The notes: generated from the letters alone by a model not told the origin. Shown: positions 26,793 to 38,075, counted from the stretch's first letter. The stretch: 64,000 bases of DNA from Cetorhinus maximus (GCF_964194155.1 NC_135905.1:28830001-28894000); one strand, 5' to 3'. Translations and numbers: made by a program.

Positions 26793-27298
26793 TTTTTTTT
26801 TATTCATTCACGGGATGTGGGCTTTGCTGTCTGGGCCAGCATTTAATGCCTATCCCTAGTTGCCCTTGAGAAGGTGGTGGTGAGCTGCCTTCGCTGCAGT
26901 CCATGTGGTGTAGGTACACCCACAGTGCTGTTAGGGAAAGGGTTCCAGGATTTTGACCCAGCGACAGTGAAGGAATGGCGATATATTTCCAAGTCAGGAT
27001 GGTGAGTGACTTGGGGGGGGGGGGGTACTTGCAGGTGGTGGTGTTCCCATCTATCTGCTGCTTTTCTCCTTCTAGTTGGTAGTGGTCATGGGTTTGGATT
27101 GTGCTGTCTGAGGAGCCTTGGCGAATTCCTGCAGTGCCTCTTGTAGATGGTACACACCGCTGCCACTGTGCGTGGGTGATGGAGGATGGGAATGTTTGTG
27201 GATGTGGTGCCAATCAAGCGGCTGCTTTGTCCTGGACGGTGTCCAGCTTCTTGTGTGTTGTGGGAGCTGCACTCATCCAGGCAAGTGGGGGATATTCC
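26793..27298 (-). mobile_element. CR1-clade LINE 3' fragment, same family as 24775-25872
   Basis: AVCTIYKRHCRNSPRLLRQHNPNP and a shared 3' UTR. Confidence 0.8.
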
Positions 27299-27738
27299 CA
27301 CTCCTAACTTCTAAACTGAATCTAAAAAGATGAAAACAAATTTCTCAATCTTCCAATTGGAGTTAATTGGACAACTTGTTTATATTTTCTTCCCCATCTC
27401 CTAAATGTTATACCTATTTTGTGACAGTTTTGTATTTGTTGTTCACTGGGCAGTAGAAGAGGAGGGGGGAAAGTTCTGGTAAATCCTACCTCGGCCTTGT
27501 CTCTGTGGCTCAATCCTTCTCTCTCACTGGGGCCTCCTCTGGCCTCAGCCCCCGCTCACTTCACTGTCACACTGCAGCCCAGAGAGGCGGGCCTCCACCC
27601 TTCTGTCGCCTCCCTCCCTCGGCCCAAAGGCAGGCCCCGCCAGCTCGACTCCCCTTTCCCTGGGCCCACCTCCTCCCCTTTAGTCCTGGACGTGCCGCTT
27701 CTCACATATTCCACTATCCTCAGCCAACAGCGGCCAAC

Positions 27739-27965
27739 ATGACCTCCGAGCACCGGGGGGCGCTGCGGGTGGACATCCGGCACTCCCAGTGCCAACGCCG
27801 CTCACTATGGCCTCCGAGCACCGGGGGGCGCTGCGGGTGGACATCCGGCACTCCCAGTGCCAACGCCGCTCACTATGACCTCCGAGCACCGGGGGGCGCT
27901 GACAGGCAGCGCTCCTCCGCTCCCAGTTTTATTGATCTTAATGACCTCCGACCATCGAGGCGCTG
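27739..27965 (+). repeat. 68-bp GC-rich tandem repeat (2.4 near-identical units plus a degenerate fourth motif)
   Basis: Unit ATGACCTCCGAGCACCGGGGGGCGCTGCGGGTGGACATCCGGCACTCCCAGTGCCAACGCCGCTCACT starts at 27739, 27807 and 27875 (partial). A degenerate ATGACCTCCGACCATCGAGGCGCTG is at 27941. Confidence 0.95.
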
Positions 27966-28139
27966 TTACCGCGCGCATGACCACAATTGGAATAATATTA
28001 ATGAACCCAACAGTACCCACTTATTTCAACAATACAACGTCGCAGAATCCTTGTAGTTGCTTTACTATTTTAGATGGCTCGATGTTTAGAGGGATTTGTG
28101 GATTTTAGTCTAGGGGAACCCATCTTGTTCCCCCCTCCC

Positions 28140-28300
28140 TCTCGTTGACAGGCAGCGGGGATAAGGAGCTCAGCGTTGCCCCGGGAAACGGCGGCGGCTC
28201 TGGTTCCTCTCGGCGGCTCCGAGGCTGAAACGGGGACATTGCGGGGGATCCGAGGGCGGTGAGGAGTTGTTTTTTTTAGTAAAGCGGCCTTGGGCAAATG
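28140..28300 (+). promoter_or_regulatory. NUDT13: CpG-rich promoter and probable first exon of NUDT13
   Basis: CpG-rich unique sequence 2.5 kb upstream of the first coding exon. Donor AAATG|GTGAGC at 28300, with an alternative GCG|GTGAGG ~40 nt upstream. X-box-like GTTGCCCCGGGAAAC at 28175-28189. Confidence 0.6.
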
Positions 28301-28357
28301 GTGAGCCCTGGACCGCATTGAGGACCTCCTCCCCCTCACCAAACACACCGAGGCCTT

Positions 28358-28626
28358 CGCACCGTCTGCCCCACTATTGCCCCACCGTCTGCCCTATTGC
28401 TCCACCGTCTGCCCCACTATTGCCCCACCGTCTGCCCCACTGTTGCTCCACCGTCTGCCCCACTATTGCCCCACTGTCTGCCCCACCGTCTGCCCCACTA
28501 TTGCCCCACCGTCTGTCCTATTATTGCCCCACTGTCTGACCCACTATTGCCCCACTGTCTGACCCACTATTGCCCCACTGTCTGACCCACTATTGCCCCA
28601 CCGTCTGACCCACTATTGCCCACTGT
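28358..28626 (+). repeat. ~23-bp minisatellite (CCGTCTGCCCCACTATTGCCCCA) at the start of probable NUDT13 intron 1
   Basis: About 11-12 imperfect tandem units are directly visible. They explain the repetitive HYCPTV/SAPLLP ORFs. Confidence 0.95.
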
Positions 28627-28933
28627 ACGTCCCCCGCTGTCGGCCCCCACTGCACTGTCTGATCCACTGTGCTCCTTACCCTCCCTTCACAACTCCAGCC
28701 TGCTCAAATCTTTGCCTGGAGCCTGTCCCACGTTCAGTCTTTCTCATCCACTTTGGCTTCCCACTTCTTTCAATGCATCAAATATAAAATCCTCCCATTT
28801 AAATCCCCCAGCTAGCTAGGCTGAGTCCTCCTCACCACTCCCCCCAGTACTATTTCCCCATTCACCTCCATTACTCTGACTTGTGATGTGTTATGCATTA
28901 CCTCCCTCACATTGCTAACTTTATCTGCCTTGA

Positions 28934-29143
28934 AATAAAACCAGAAAATGCAGGAAAAACTCAGCAGGTCTGGCAGCATCTGTGGAGGGAGAAGCAGTTA
29001 ACGTTTTGAGTCCATATGATTTATTCAGAGCTGTCTCAAAATGTTAACGCTGTTTCTCTCTCCACAGATGCTGCCAGACCTGCTGAGCTTTTTCAGCATT
29101 TTCTGTTTTTAATTTAGATTTCCAGCATTTGCAGTATTTTGCT
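28934..29143. mobile_element. Penelope-derived hairpin insertion with ~14-bp TSD
   Basis: Inverted arms CAGAAAATGCAGGAAAAACTCAGCAGGTCTGGCAGCATCTGTGG / CCACAGATGCTGCCAGACCTGCTGAGCTTTTTCAGCATTTTCTG. Flanks TTTATCTGCCTTGA (28920-28933) and TTTACCTGCCTTGA (29144-29157). Confidence 0.8.
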
Positions 29144-30337
29144 TTTACCTGCCTTGATTCCACTTTTTGAAATCTCTCAAAACGCCTTTTCCCTCTCCCT
29201 GTCCTACAGTAAAAACCTTCTTGCAGTCCATGTTATTAATCAAGATTTCGATCACTCCTAGCTGCTCCTGTCCCCGTGGCATCTTGTGTTTCCCATGTAC
29301 TTAGCTATGAAATGCCTTGGGATGTACATTTTACAGAAGACCATATATAACTGCATGTTGTCCTCATTTTGTCTTTTGCCCAATTGTGGTTGGGAGTGTT
29401 AAGCCATCAAATGTGTCCCAAATATTGGTGCAGCAGGTTATTTTGTACTGACATACGACAACATTATGATCTTACATAGGACTGTTATGTAGGAAAGAGA
29501 GTGACACTGAGCAGGTGTTTGGTGTCCTTTGGTTTGAATATACATCTCGCATGACATGTTACCTCCTCAGTGCAACTATAGTTTGGTTTCACATTAAACA
29601 CTATGCACATGAACTGCGTTCTTCAGAAAGTAATAAGTGCAAACTTATATTGTGATGAATTACTTGATTAAAACTGATACTTACTGATTCTTCTCCCTGA
29701 GTTCTCTGCCTAAAGCAGGTCCAACCCACAGTGCCAACACGGATACGGTAAGGAGGCAGGTCCCAAATCCACCCCAGCAAGAACGGGAATCAAACCCTAT
29801 GCTGCTGGTGCCAGTCGAATCCACACTGGCTGCCCCCCCCACAAACCACAATGAATTCCATTTTTAATGGAATGCCAGAAAAAACTTTTAAATTGTCTGT
29901 TTCTGTATATAGGACTCGGTGTCTTTTTCCACTTACTTCTGTGGAATTGCAGCATCTGTGATTCTGGTGGAATCCTGGCAAAATGATACAGTCTAGGCAG
30001 GGGCGTCAAGTATCTTCTGACTGTGCTTACCTGCCCCAGATTTGAAACTTGCAGCTTTCGCCTCATTTCCCATTGCCCTCAGTAGTCTCCTTGAAAATAC
30101 ATTTTATTAAAATGATGCTGTAGCCAGGGATTCAAACAAAGTCGTAGAGTTGTTCTATAGTTTGCTTCAGATACCTGTCAAGCTAGTTTAAAGCTGGCAC
30201 ATCAGCATGAAATGGGGAAGCTAGCAACACAAACTCCAGAATGAAGCGTGTATGTATACTGGTGGTGATCTGGTTACTGATTTACACTTAGGTTATGCAA
30301 TTGGAAAACAGTCACTTGGTAGTACAGAACTTGAATA

Positions 30338-30553
30338 TTGCTGTAAAGAGAGACATGTTGCTGAAGCTTTTCCCCATGTTGACGTTGCTTTCTCATGGCA
30401 ACGCTTTGGTTAATCGGAGTCGACTTGCCAACCAATCAGCACCCTTTTTTTCTTAGCATAAGTTGTTGTGATTGTTTAGAATTTGGCATTCTTGCATTTG
30501 TCAGGATGAATGCAAGACAAAATGCTTCAGCAACATGTCTCTCTTTTCAGCAA
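30338..30553. repeat. 216-bp element with 30-bp terminal inverted repeats
   Basis: TTGCTGTAAAGAGAGACATGTTGCTGAAGC ... GCTTCAGCAACATGTCTCTCTTTTCAGCAA (one mismatch). Confidence 0.8.
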
Positions 30554-30875
30554 GATTAATTTGGAAAATTGATTGGTTTTCATACAATTTAATTTGTACC
30601 AATGTACTTTAATCAGGTTAGGGAAAACTCAGTAATTAATTATGCTTCTGGATTCTTGTTCTGAACTGTGCCACCAATGGAAGGTGAGGCATTACCTCAT
30701 AGTAAGATAAGGCAGGTGATCCTTTCACTCCTATTTTGCTTGCTCTAAAGGGTTCTTTGTATATGGGGTTTGACTCAATTCTATTTCCTAACAGCTTATG
30801 TTGCTTTTTTGGTGCCCGGGAGAGACTGGAGGGACTTAGTCACAAATTCCCAACTGGAGCTGCCAACAGAAAGTG

Positions 30876-30955
30876 ATGCCTCTCTTGAGGAATTTCAACA
30901 CGTTGGCCATGCAGATGACCTGCAGATTGGTTTCAAATTATGTCAGTCGGATGCG
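30876..30955 (+). CDS. NUDT13: NUDT13 coding exon 1 (exon starts 30795)
   Basis: MPLLRNFNTLAMQMTCRLVSNYVSRM(R) resembles human YRLLSTYVTKTR. Acceptor CTAACAG at 30794; donor CG|GTGAGT, phase 2, matches the next exon. Confidence 0.85.
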
Positions 30956-31689
30956 GTGAGTGTCATCTCTTTGTCCTCCCATTTATTTATTTTAAGTATG
31001 CGTATTTTCCTGCTCATTAAGTATAGAGGTGTCAATGGTGAATGAGAGCGCTGTTCTATGTTCAGCATGTAGTATCAAATTGGGCTTTCTCAGATAAAGC
31101 AAAGCACATGTCAGATGCAAGGTAAAATTGCCTCCACCATGAGCCAAAAACATGTCAATCCAATTTCTGGAGAATTCCATATTGCACCCATGTAAACGTT
31201 TCCATTTCCCGCTCTAGCTTTTGGCCTCGGTCTCATCAAATTTTTAGATGCATAGTGAACATCTTCCCACTAATAAATAACTACAAATATCTGTCATGAT
31301 CTCATATAGAACCCTTACAGACCTCAGAAAGAATCTAATTTAGATCCATCACTCTGCTCCCAGTTTCCAGAGGTGAAACATCAGTGTGCTAATCCATGGC
31401 TCCAGTTTGGCCTAGTTATATTGCAGTATAGATCCAAGAGAAAAAAAAATGGTGCTGCATTGTCTGAGGGTCCTAGTGCTCTGGAATGAATCCCATTCCT
31501 GATCTGACATGGATTCAACTGTTTCTGGGTGCCATTTCTCCCTGAATGGCTGAGAAAGATCTTGTATTATATAACTTAAAAAACATAAAATCCTGGAAAT
31601 ATTCAACAGATCAAGCAGCAACAGCGGTGAAAGAAGCAGAGTTAACATTTCAGGTTGATGACCTTTCATCAGAAATGATAATGCCTTTT

Positions 31690-32110
31690 GCCTCCTCCCA
31701 AAGCACTCTACAACCAGTGAAGTACTTTTTGAAGTGTAGTCACTGTTGGAATGTATGATGCACGGCAGCCGATTTGTGCACAGCAAGCTCCTATAAACAG
31801 CAATCTGATAACGACCAGATAATCTGCTTTTTTTTTTTAGTAGTGGTGATGATTGAGAGATAAATATTGGCCAAGACACTGGGGCCCTTGCTCTACTTCA
31901 AATAGTGGCCTGGGACCTTTTACATCCACCTGCGAGGGAACACTGAGGGGGTGCCACATTCAAAAGATGGCATTATCTGACAGTACAGTGCTCTCAAGTA
32001 GTACACTGGAGTGTCAGCCTAGATTATATACTCAAGTCTTTGGAGTGAGGCTTGAGCCCACAACCCCCTGACTCAAGCAAGTGTGTCACCAACTAAGCCA
32101 CATTTGATAC
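31690..32110 (-). mobile_element. Deu-domain SINE copy, preceded by a Penelope pLTR fragment (31575-31676)
   Basis: GAAGTACTTTTTGAAGTGTAGTCACTG...AATATTGGCCAAGACACTGGGG...TACACTGGAGTGTCAGCCTAGA...GCTTGAGCCCACAACC. Confidence 0.7.
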
Positions 32111-32602
32111 CAGAACCAGAGTGCAAAACCGGCTCCACGGGGTAATACGGGTAGGTGAAGCTGTTCAATCCTTGGGGTTATGTTTAATAAGGACAGATAT
32201 TTTGCTGGTTTTTAGCCCAAATTTCCATGCATTTTCTTTCCTCTAATAGGTTCTCGTTCATGTCACATCCACTTCCCACCAAGAGGAAAGCTAGCAAAAA
32301 GTGTCCCTGCCAGTGCCACTCTTTTACCATTCAGGATCTCACAGTTTTCCCTGTCTATGTATCTGTCGTTATATGGGGCATATTGAGCGTGCACACAATA
32401 CCTTTAAAGTCAATGGCAATGCGGGCTGCCCCAAACCATGTGCATTTGGAAATTTGGCAAAAATGGTTTGTTATACAGTACATCTATAGGATCTGTCAAG
32501 CATCTGATGCCTCTTGTGGTATGCAAATTTTTAACCTCACCTCTAGAAAAATGGACTGACTGTTGTAGTTCATTTATGAAATATATTCTTTTTGAATTGC
32601 AG

Positions 32603-32742
32603 CTACCTGTTTGAACTAAAGGAGGACGATGAAGCTTGCCGGAAGGCCCTGAGCTCCGGAGCCTTCCTTCTCTTTCACAGTCTCTCGCCCCTTTTGCAGA
32701 GGAGTGAGAACAAATTCACAGCGCCATTTGTGACAGCCTCAG
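32603..32742 (+). CDS. NUDT13: NUDT13 coding exon 2
   Basis: YLFELKEDDEACRKALSSGAFLLFHSLSPLLQRSENKFTAPFVTAS (human YLFELKEDDDACKKAQQTGAFYLFHSLAPLLQ); AG/GT boundaries. Confidence 0.95.
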
Positions 32743-33159
32743 GTACAAATGCTGCAGAGCAATAGGAACATCGGGGTCTGTGCCAATCCTCTATTTATCT
32801 TTCAAAAACTGAAAATGGGTGTCTCAGAGTGGTTGACCGCTAAGAGACTGCATTCTCGAATGTAAAACAACATCCCTCTCCACTTACGTTGGACAACTTT
32901 TCAGCAAATTATTCAGCAAGTGTTTTGGGATAGGAGAATCTTCCTCCCTCTTCATCAGCCGCCTCAAAACATTTATAGTGTTGACAAAACAATGTAGGAG
33001 CTGTCCAAATATCATACATCAATGATCATGTACTGCTGTTAAAATGGCCCAAGTTGGTATAAGCAGAATCCCACTGTTCATTCTGGGTTGCAGGATTAAT
33101 ACAGGATCGCTAACTTGCAACTTTGGGTGGTTCTTACACTTAGGAAAAGGAGGAGGTCA

Positions 33160-33815
33160 TTTAGAGGGTTGTGAATCTTTGGAACTGTCTACCCCAGAGA
33201 TTTGTGCATGCTTCAAGTCTGAGATCGATAGATTTTAGATCTTTTTTTAAATGTTCGTGGGATGTGGGCATCAGTGGCAAGCCCAACGTTTATTTACTCA
33301 TTCCCAGTTGCCCTTAAGGGGGTGGCAGTGAGCCACCTTCTTGAACCGCAACTTTTTCTATAATGGTGTGATACGACCGAGTTATATGTACTAGACCATT
33401 TCAGAGGGTAGTTAAGATCAACCACATTGCTATGGGTCTGGAGTTACGTGGAGGGCGGACTGGGTAATATTTGCAGATTTCCTTCTCTGAAGTGAACCAG
33501 ATGCATTTTTACGACAATCCAGTGGATTCATGAGCATCATTACTGATGCTAGTTTTTTTATTCCAGATTTATTAATTAATTGAACTTAAATTTCCCCAAC
33601 TGTCATAATGGGATTTGAACTTGTGTCCGTGGACCATTAGCCCAGGCCTCTGGATTACTAGTCTAGTAACTATTATGCTACCATCCAGCTGATCTCTCAG
33701 GGAATCAAGGGATTGGGCAGGAAATTGGAGTTGAGGTAAAGATCAGCCATGATTGTATTGAATGGCAGAGCAAACTCAAAGGGCCAAATGGCTACTCCTG
33801 CTCCAATTTCTTAGC
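33160..33815. mobile_element. CR1 3' end (+) interrupted by a CR1-tailed SINE (-, ~33240-33690)
   Basis: AGAGGGTTGTGAATCTTTGGAACT...GATAGATTTTAGATCT resumes at GATCTCTCAGGGAATCAAGGG after a SINE copy. Confidence 0.7.
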
Positions 33816-33971
33816 CCCTTGAGCCTGTTCCCACCATTCAATGAGAGCATGGGTGATCTGTGACCTAACTCATACATGTAGAGTAAGCCCCACTCCTGTT
33901 TCAGTACCTTCAAATTTATCTCCATGAACACAGAAACAGTGCTGTTTTAAACAAGGTATCTTCCCTTCCAG

Positions 33972-34079
33972 AGCTGAACAAAATTCTGCAGAAACTGAAT
34001 CATAAGGAGAAGTATATGGAAGAGTCAGTGCTGATTGGCTGTACAGAGAATCATGTGCCACAGTTTGCTCTTGATCTAG
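33972..34079 (+). CDS. NUDT13: NUDT13 coding exon 3
   Basis: ELNKILQKLNHKEKYMEESVLIGCTENHVPQFALDL(G) (human EDSVLIGCSEQQEAWFALDLG); CCAG| and |GTAAGA. Confidence 0.95.
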
Positions 34080-34889
34080 GTAAGACTATCATGCAAGGGT
34101 CTGTATTCAAAATGAAATTAACCTTATGTACAGTAACACTATAATATGCACCTTTACTGCACTGCAGTACACAAAATGCGATTGGAGTTAAATGTATACA
34201 CTCCTTTATTGACTCTCATTGTAGAACACTTTTTTTTAAGAAACAACATTGTACAGATCTTGATATTTGCAATGTATTTTGATACAGATGGGTCAAATTA
34301 CTTTATTCGCATTCATACAACTGTTCCTTCTCCACTTACATGCACATATTACTTGAAAGGGTGATGGAAGCAGATTCAATAGCAACTTCCAAAAGATGTA
34401 GGATAAATACTTAGGGGAAGAAAATGGCAGAGCTATAGGGAAAAAGGGGAGTGGGACTAATTGGGTAGCTCTTTCAAAGAACCCACACAGATGGTGTGGG
34501 CCAAATGACTACCTCCTGTGCTGGATTATTCTGTGATATACCTCTCCTGTTTGCACCTTATGTGCTGTAATCAACCTTCTTGCCCAAGTCTCCTCCATCA
34601 AAATGCATGTTTTCTTTGTATTCCTTATCCAACTCGCCTCCCTTCCCTGCTTGTTCTTTGTTCACCAAAGTCCATCCTTCCTTGCATTGAATCCTTATTT
34701 ATTCCTTTGTTTCAGTTCCCCTCTCAACTGCTCCTTGTGAGTTTCTCACTGACACAACAACCTGAAACATTATTAAGTAATGACATTTCAAAAACACTAA
34801 AAGCTAGAAAAACTTACGACTCCTAAAATGCCTCTGCCCTTAACACAGTTGACGATGGATAATGTTCCAACTTGTGCTTTAAACTTCAG

Positions 34890-34996
34890 GTAGGATTGAA
34901 AAGGCCAAAGCAGAATCACTTCTGAAGGGAACATTTGTTGATTTACGGAAAGCCTTCTTCCTCTTGGCTGGAAAGGATGCGCCTTTGCTGTCCCAG
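34890..34996 (+). CDS. NUDT13: NUDT13 coding exon 4
   Basis: GRIEKAKAESLLKGTFVDLRKAFFLLAGKDAPLLSQ (human LKGSFIELRKALFQLNARDASLLS); phase 1 in, phase 0 out. Confidence 0.9.
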
Positions 34997-35589
34997 GTAG
35001 AACATAAGCTTTGGCAAACTTTGAAAATAAGAGAATTTTTTTCACCCATTATGTCCATTCAGGAGCAAGCGTCAGATTTAGACATTTTGCTGGAACACAA
35101 ACACACTCACCTGGGAGTGTGTGTGGTAAGCACACCTAGTCTTACTGTATACTGACAGAGTTGGAGGGGTGTTGGGGTCATGTCTAGGCTGCATAATTTA
35201 CGTGTTTTGCAGCATCTTGGTGCCTGTCATTAATTTGGTTGTATTTGGAACATCTTCCAGTGACTATAAAATTGAGCTGGCAGATCCATCATAGTTCTAA
35301 CAAGGCCACTGGCTTACAGTAGTTTTTGTATCTTCACACTCTTCTCTTTGAGACTAGTGTGAAAGTAATGATAGAATTCACTGGCTGACTAAGAGTGACG
35401 TGAACACTTTTTCTACTACCATTCTTTATATCAACAAATAGGAAGGGTTTTATGGGCTCCCGCAGCTCATTTGATGGTGGGGGGTGGCGGGTGGGGGGCA
35501 GTGTGGTTGGGGTGTGGGTTCCCCACTCCCACATCCCAGAATCCTGAGACCAAAGTCTGTTCTCCACTCTCCATTTCAAACTTAAAAAA

Positions 35590-36330
35590 AAAAATGCAAA
35601 CAATGTGGACATCACTGGCAAGGTCAGGATTTATTGCTCATCCTTTTTAGCCATTGAGAAGCTGGTGAGCTGACTTAGCCACATTTATTCATTCATGGGA
35701 TGTGGGTGTTGCTGGCTAGGTTAGCATTTATTGCCCATCCCTGATTGTCCTTGTTCAGAGGGCATTTAAGAGTCAACCACATTGCTGTGGGTCTGGAGTC
35801 ACATGTAGGCCAGACCAGGTGAAGATAGCAGATTTCCTTCCCTAAAGGACATTAGTGAACCAGAAGGGGTTTTACAACAATTGACAATGGTTCCATGGTC
35901 ATCGTCAGACTTTTAATTCCAGATTTTTTAGTGAATTCAAATTTCACCATCTACTGTGGTGGGATTCAAACCCAGGTCCCCGGGGCATTCCCTGAGTATC
36001 TGCATTACCAGTCCAGTGACAATACCACTATGCCACCACCTCCCCTCAGAGTACAGTTAAGAGTCAACCACATTGCTATGGGCCTGGAGTCACAAGGAGA
36101 CCAGACTGTGAGGATGGTAGATTTCCTTGCTAAAGGGCATTAGTGAACTAGATGGGTTTTTTAGAACATTCCAGTGGTTTCATGGTCGCCATTATTGACA
36201 CCAATGTTTTTATTCCAGATTTATTTAATTAATTGGATTCAATTCACAGATTCACAGCTATGGTGGGAATTGAACTCATGGCTCCAGGTCATTAGTCCAG
36301 GCCTCTGGATTACTACTCCAGTAACATATA
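35590..36330 (-). mobile_element. CR1-tailed tRNA SINE (~35686-36046) nested inside an older copy of the same family
   Basis: The outer copy breaks at GCCACATTT and resumes CAGAGTACAGTTAAGAGTCAACC. Two B-box regions (~35960 and ~36265). Confidence 0.7.
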
Positions 36331-37036
36331 GCAACTGAATAAGTCAGATTCCTCATTTATTACTTAAAATTCAAGGATTTTAACCTTTGGCGATTGCATT
36401 CTGCAATTCTGATTTATTTTCCCCTTAAAACTGTAAATCAATAACATTAAACAGCACTACTGTGCAAATCAACAGGTGGTCAGATGAATCTTTCTTTATT
36501 GCAACTTATTGTAATTATTTGTACACTGAAATTTTCATAATTCTGCAACCTTTTATTATTTTATACTTTATTTTTATTTTAATGATTGTCTGTAACTATG
36601 TTTTGAATTATGATGACTTGTTTTATTTGTATCATCATCACAATTTGGTACCTGTCGCCATGAAGATTTTTCAATAAACCAAGAGTCATACGGACTTGAA
36701 ATGTTAACTCTGTTTCTCTCTCCGCAGGTACTGTCAGACCTGCTGAGTTTTTCTGTTTTTGTTTTGGATTTCAAGCATCCGCAGTATTTTGCTTTTATCT
36801 ATCTATCCATCTTTATTACTGTGAAATTTCGACGTGTGACTGTCTCCTTTACTGATAGGCAGTTTTGGTCTCTGCTACAAACTATTGACAAATGTTTGCT
36901 GTCTGATTTTATCAGCTTTGCTTTATGTTTAACAGTGACCTTCTTGGGTTTGCATTGTGCATTCTGGGGTTTCAGCTTGTACTTCAGGTCAGACTACCTG
37001 TCTAGACGTGTTGAGACAATAATGGATGTATTTTAG

Positions 37037-37162
37037 GCACAGGGACTTCTCCGCTGGCACAGCAATCATCTCTACTGCAGTAGAACAGGACGCCCGACAC
37101 AGAAGAATGTATCAGGCAGTAAACGTGTCTGTAGCACAGAAGAAATAATCTACTACCCACAG
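37037..37162 (+). CDS. NUDT13: NUDT13 coding exon 5
   Basis: AQGLLRWHSNHLYCSRTGRPTQKNVSGSKRVCSTEEIIYYPQ (human AQALLRWHDAHQFCSRSGQPTKKNVAGSKRVC..IIYYPQ). Confidence 0.97.
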
Positions 37163-37550
37163 GTAACCACTGGAGCATTCAGCTAACTTTATCTGACATA
37201 GCTTAATTCTTTCTTCGTCTTCTCGCTTTGTATAATACACCCTGTATTCCCACTGTGTACATTATCTTCTTGTATAATATATTAATATACAAATTTTCTT
37301 GCTTAGCCTGAATTAATGGTACTTGTAATGCAATCCAGGGTCAATTACCACTCACCTTCCTCTCAGGTTATGTGACCCACAACCCTGCCTGTTTCTACCA
37401 ATCAAATCACTCGGATTAGCGAAGGGGCAGCTGCGGTTTTGAATAATTGTTACTGTTTTTAAAAATTTATAAATCAAAGGCAAAAATTCCCACAGTATAT
37501 AACATGTCATCCTTCTGCTAAGGCACTTTGTGCAACTGTTTGTTTAACAG

Positions 37551-37662
37551 ATGTCTCCTGTGATTATCGTGCTGGTATCTGATGGAATACAGTGCCTGCT
37601 GGCACGCCAGGAATCATTTCCTCCTGGAATGTACAGTGCCCTTGCTGGATTCTGTGATATTG
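37551..37662 (+). CDS. NUDT13: NUDT13 coding exon 6
   Basis: MSPVIIVLVSDGIQCLLARQESFPPGMYSALAGFCDI(G), the start of the Nudix box. Confidence 0.97.
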
Positions 37663-38075
37663 GTAATTAGCCTTTCTTACAGGTAATGTAATGTGCAAGA
37701 TTGTGTAAACAGAAGGTAACCAGTTTGATTTAACTGTGAAGTATACCTGTCTGGATGGGTTTTTGTTCCATAAATCATCTGAATTATTTCCAACAGCCTT
37801 TTATAATCTGTTTGTGAGGAGGCACTGTAAGGTAATCCTTGATGCTACTCTTGTGGAAATGCCTGGACTCTGTTTGGCTTCTCACTCAGATGGCATGATT
37901 GATATAGAGAAAATTACATGTACAGGGAATTATAGGCACAGAATCACAGTACAGATACAGGCCATTTGGCTCAACTGGTCTATTCTGACATTTATGCTCA
38001 GAGTCCCCGCCCCTCCCTTTATTTCATCCTATAAGCATATCCTTCAATTTCTTTGCCCCTCATGCTGTTTATCTA

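Noticed and set aside
27739-28626. CRISPR-like appearance of the regular repeats
   Set aside because: These are head-to-tail tandem repeats with no unique spacers, in a eukaryotic context with no cas genes.
27497-28819. Multiple overlapping ORFs, including 183 aa at 27505-28056
   Set aside because: By-products of GC-rich promoter DNA and tandem repeats; no recognisable domain.
32227-32559. ORFs just upstream of NUDT13 coding exon 2 as its N-terminus
   Set aside because: No NUDT13 similarity. The exon at 30876-30955 fits both sequence and phase.
37075-37140. Only two Cys in the NUDT13 zinc-ribbon region
   Set aside because: Human NUDT13 shows the same pattern (CSRSG...CPSN), so it is not unusual.
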